In this document: piece by piece, positions 59,301 through 64,000 of the stretch
Numbering within the stretch: position 1 is the stretch's first letter
How the letters are laid out: each line of letters starts with the position of its first letter
Assembly: GCA_965644265.1 (NCBI GenBank)
Contig: OZ286467.1
Coordinates: 15,252,001 to 15,316,000, forward strand
Source: Glycera tridactyla
Taxonomy: Eukaryota
Reading direction: 5' to 3'
DNA length: 64,000 nucleotides
Notes under the pieces: generated by a model
Seen by the model: only the letters and a program-made list of their open reading frames with translations
The model's database searches: none
Told to the model about the DNA's origin: nothing
Program-made: the position numbers and the translations under genes

Positions 59301-62300
59301 AATACCTCCAAAACAGACTGGACAAACACCTCAAACACCATGTGCACTCACCAACCACGAGTATGCCACGCTACATATAGAAATGTCTAAATTGAGTGGG
59401 AATCGCAAAGTGAAAATAGTACCGTCTCCGACGGCAAAAAAATCCAGGATCAGCCCAGATTCATTACTGAGTGGCAGTATCGTTGATGCTGGGAGGAGCT
59501 AGTCATTCATGATACCCCCGTGTGGTGGGGAATCCCAGCTCTTGTCGGTCAGGTGTTTTTAAACGATCCGGACAAACCAGCTTATTTTTCAGGACGATAT
59601 GTGAACCACACAACATGACCTTGGATCTGGGATCACGTCACCAGTGATTAGCCGGTATTCTATTACATGATCTATTCACACGGCCTCCTATATGTCAAGC
59701 TGTTTTTGATATGTCATTGTGAATATGAGTTGTCCGAATTTCACACCCAGTTGCCATGGTAACTCACACAATAACAATAGGTTGGTCCTCTGGTGTTTTT
59801 TTGCAATGGGTTTCCAGGGATAAGACATGTGCACTATGAAATGTGTGCATAGTAAGGATCTCTACTTCCCAACTCCAAACTCATCACCATGAATAAAACG
59901 GAGCTATGTATAATCCCAAACCATCACATCGATTTTCACTGAATCACTGCACATAGGTCACCAGCATATATAGCAGGTGGATTCCCAATATTCCTGTGTT
60001 GAAAATCCTATGAGTGGGAGCAATGACCTGCAGGGAAGAGAATCCGACCAATTCTTTTGATGTCTGGCTGTTGATTAGGTGAGAGTTTGACGCTTGATTA
60101 TGAGCTCACCGGTTGGCATGTTATGAATACAATAATCGCCCTTTAGCAGTACACACACATCGAGACTGCTATTACATTCTTGCCTTCAGGAGTTTGTCGG
60201 GTGGTGCAGTGGTAGCGTCTTCACACTTGACCCAAACATAAAAAAGCTGTGGCTGCAGCTAGTTGTGGGATGGTGACCATGACAGAGATATCAGAATGCG
60301 TATACCATTATGACTTGGCCAAACACTTCTCTAATAGTGCCAGACTACACCAGAGGTCTGGGTCCACCAGTGTTGAGCTCAAAAGATGGAAATAGGCATG
60401 AGCTACACATCCCGAGGGCTGATTGATGCTGTGAGCTCCTATCTAGGATCTGAGAACAATGGTCCAAGCTAGAATTGCGCCTTCCCATGTTTAGACTTGT
60501 CACACATGAATGACTAACAGCAGCACTTGGAGGATCAGCACCTTCGAGCTCTGAGAGTGATAGTGGGCTGATCTTAGTCAAATCGATCGAACAAATGAAC
60601 AAGCATTATTCGAAGTCAAACTAATGGATCTGGTACTTGCATCATCAAAAGGATACAGGCAGTTGATGTCTGAGACATGTCGAGAAAAATCGAGTAGTTC
60701 TTTCTGGAAAAGAAACAAGTCACGCACAATCTTGAAAGTGATATCACGCCAAATTCCTTTGGAGTGGATGGTAATGTTGATCGGGCCAATTGAAGTGCTG
60801 ATAATCGACTACAGTAATGAAGTCCGAAATTGCCCGGTTGATTGTAAGATAACTTAATTTTATGGATGATAAACTGTGTCTGAATTGCAAGGCAAGCAAA
60901 ATATGCACCAAGCCATGAAAAAGCTTTCTTCGGCAACACACCTAGTCAATCACACTCAATTTTGTGTGTGTCCTCATCATCTTGTCTTCATGGTTGGTGA
61001 TGTCGGCAGGGTACATATAATCTAGCTTCCATAGATGAATGCATACATGATCATCCTGACCCTAACAGAACAAACAAGTAATACAGATTACTAAACGATG
61101 ATTCGAAGCATCGCTCAGATAACTTCGAATCATAATGAAGCAGACATAATGACAGGACTACTGCAGCAGGTTGTCGATAAAAACGTCCCGAATCTAAATT
61201 AAATCAGATGCAATCATGAAAATATGCTCTGACTTATGAGCAAGCCTAAATTGAGCGTTTTGCTGAACGATTGTACTGAGACGTGTAAGATTGCCCTGAA
61301 TGTCACGTGACTGCTGGAAATCAGCTTCTTGCTGTGATTCACTCCGTCTTCTGGTCAGAATTGTGAAATCGGAAGTAGAAGATAAACGTTATTTATAGAT
61401 CACAACGTGGGATCAACCTTCTGCGCCCTTCCCCACCCTCATAATCCCACACCTGTTATTTACTCATCAGCCATTCAACCACTCATATGTTATTTCACTA
61501 GATCTGTTCTGGATACACAAACGACACTTTCAGCTCCTGTCGTACGTCGGAGATAGCTGATTGATTCCATACTGTGATCTTGAGATTCATTTGTGACCTG
61601 AAAAATTTGCATTATATTGCAGTTGATGGCCCATGATGGCCCATGGATGTGAAGTGATATACATGTAACAGGATACGCCAACCAGTATGATATATACACT
61701 ATTCTGATTTGGGTATATTCCAACTTGGTTATGTTTTCTTCCTCAATTGAATTAGTAGGAGCAAATATGGCGCATCATATGATTCCTCCAGTAGGCATGA
61801 GTGGACTGAAGCATAGTGCACCAGTCGTCAGTTAAGTTTCGGATGCATAAAATGTGATTGCATATCACAAGCGTGTTTGATTTTCATGTTTCTCCAGATG
61901 AAATTGGACTCTAGGTTGCATTCGAATGTAGCCGTGTAGGTGGAATATCCCAGTTAGTTCCAGGCTCGGGCATCTCGGATGCACAAGTCTGCATCGGTAA
62001 ACTATAAGCAGGTCAATTTGTCAGGAAGACATGATTACTCGTCTGCGTCATCCACCAATCGAGGATATGGCTTGCTTTCTGACTGATATTGGAACAATCC
62101 TCCAAGATGGAAGTAGTATTTTGTGGACCTCCACCAATGGGTGTTTCCCTCTAGGTCTTGATATAATTCAGATTTCCAAAGCTGGGTGAAGCTGGCTGGA
62201 TGAGTAATGCCAGCCACTTTGATTGACTTCATTACCTCTCAGCAAATCATCAGCCACCAGACTAGTAGCTGAACCATCACATTATCGCCAAACCCTTAAA

Positions 62301-62446
62301 AGCACTTCTCCCACAGGACAGTAAACACTCGAGCAATCTCCCCGAAATATTCGCCGATGCCCTCACAATTAATACCTCCAAAACAGACTGGACAAACACC
62401 TCAAACACCATGTGCACTCACCAACCACGAGTATGCCACGCTACAT
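56307..62446. repeat. Tandem duplication, 3070-bp unit (56307-59376 / 59377-62446)
   Basis: Constant offset of 3070; about 16 substitutions counted by eye. Junction CTACAT|ATAGAA. Confidence 0.94.
56700..57900 (-). pseudogene. Possible decayed hAT-type transposase remnant (also 59770-60970)
   Basis: Weak motif echoes in order: KKAFSWLGAFFAC (TTF-zinc-finger-like), SLNMG, FHSAHVLSL (CxxH-like). Frames are badly broken. Confidence 0.25.
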
Positions 62447-62499
62447 GCTATTATTACCTTCATTGATGAGTGAGCTACATGCTTCACAGCGTAATCGCC

Positions 62500-62800
62500 T
62501 GAACGTGATATGATATTATATGATATGATATGATATGATGACACTTAGACATCGGCTTGCAGTCTGCAGCATGAAAAGTGACTTATATATAGAATCTGCG
62601 TACACAAATAGTGGATGTACCAATATTTCATAGAGGAATATTGCACCTCAGGTCTGCAGATGTGTGAATCTCCAACAAAGACGTTCCGGTGGAGACCATA
62701 CAAGTATGGCACATTTTCTGCAGATATCAATAGGCCTGACCGATAACGTGTTGGTAGCCAATCATCCACTATTTTCCAGGTCGACTGTCGTGATCTACAT
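62500..62800 (-). pseudogene. Short LINE 3' fragment with C-terminal Cys/His motif and (CATAT)n tail
   Basis: WLPTRYR.../KMCHTC...EIH resembles the LP.E.GR...C..C...E..H LINE C-terminus. (GATAT)n on the plus strand at about 62507-62540. Confidence 0.4.
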
Positions 62801-63060
62801 GCATACACAGACCACTGACTACCGTATTCATCTCCCCATTCAAGACACTGCCCCGTAAGTGTCTTCGATCTATTGATGGAATCTCAGAAGATTATGTATT
62901 CCACCAAGTCTGCCCTAGATGTGAGAATGTCCAACCCGATGCAGATGCATTTCGATCCATCGACTATTTGACTTGAACTGGGCATGCGATCGTGATCATC
63001 CTGTAAGATGTAGTAATGTTTTGAGTCGAAATAAAAGATTGGAATCGAACCAAGATCAGA

Positions 63061-64000
63061 TAAATGTAGTTATTCCATTCACTGTATTATGGAATTGTCC
63101 CCGATATCTGGTTACCAAATGGTTGATTTACCAACGAAGATTCAAAGATGACCCCTGTTTTTTTCACTTAAATTGACTTGCCACATATTCCTCTACGCTG
63201 CAACAAATTCACAAGTATTTTCCCACTTGTGAAATATTTGATGACACTAGTAATATCAACAATCAACCTTGAGATTCCATTCGTTAATACCAACATGATC
63301 TAATTTGCCCATTCGCAATACTCACAAAATCTATTCCTCTTCAGAATAATGCTCGTTTGTGAAGATTTTATTCAGGAAAGACATGTACAAACTGGTCAAA
63401 ATACATGCTTTCGTGGCATAACATAAACAGACAGCGTGGTGCATAAACATATTATAAAGGTGCGAGAAAAGAATGAGTGGAGTAAATGAAATAGAATCTG
63501 TTTAGCAGATTTTCCTATGGTTTGGAATGGATATAGAATCTATTATCTTCAGTTCATAACATACTGGTATTTGAATAAATCGATCATATCATACTTCGTT
63601 TTCTCATTTTTCTGGTTCTGGGTACCTTACTAGATTCACTCGTTTGTGGGTATGGCAATTGAAAACATAGTCACCATACGGTTGCAACCGTTGTATCCTT
63701 AATCATAACATTCAATTGGTTTACACGAATCGATGATACCCAAAACATGGCATGGGGCAAGATAAAGGATCGCACGTGTGTATCAAACAATCAGAACAAT
63801 GCTTACAACATATACCTAGTCGCAAAGTATAAATCTGACCAAACTGAAGTCACCATACGGTTCCGTCAGTCATATCCTAAAGACTGATATCCAGTTGATT
63901 GGATCCTGGCAGTTGATACATGATTTGCGATATGGGGCATGATATAAGATCCAATATATATACATATACTGAGGTATCCGGGACATTGTGGGTATGGCAA
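63061..64000 (+). repeat. Dispersed repeat, copy 2 (runs off the window)
   Basis: Collinear with 49731-50672. Confidence 0.9.

Overview
Eukaryotic, almost certainly invertebrate-animal, repeat-dense DNA with three assembly gaps. It has no prokaryotic operons, rRNA/tRNA genes or CRISPR arrays, and no host gene can be confidently identified. The left 40 kb is a nest of mobile elements. (i) A decayed giant transposon-like gene (DDE-like core, FEN1/XPG-type PIN nuclease, CXC) with ~358-bp subterminal repeats is split by a CR1/L2-group LINE flanked by an ATCAG duplication. (ii) Minus-strand LINE 'A' is interrupted by a DIRS1-type tyrosine-recombinase retrotransposon with ITRs and ICR, and is expanded by 3974-bp and 2402-bp tandem duplications. 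(iii) Minus-strand LINE 'B' has its 3' tail joined directly to ORF1 of A. The main candidate novelty is that A and B, although clearly diverged, share a three-cistron layout: ORF1 (homologous, coiled-coil/RRM-CTD type), then a stand-alone SGNH/GDSL hydrolase ORF, then a long non-coding repeat-containing spacer (about 1.1 kb in A, 4.7 kb in B), then APE-RT ORF2. A possible third decayed SGNH copy lies at the window start. The right 24 kb holds decayed LINE/RTE fragments, microsatellites, a 3070-bp tandem duplication, a repeat pair 13.3 kb apart and a few weak host-exon candidates. All family assignments come from motif recognition by eye; no database searches were run.
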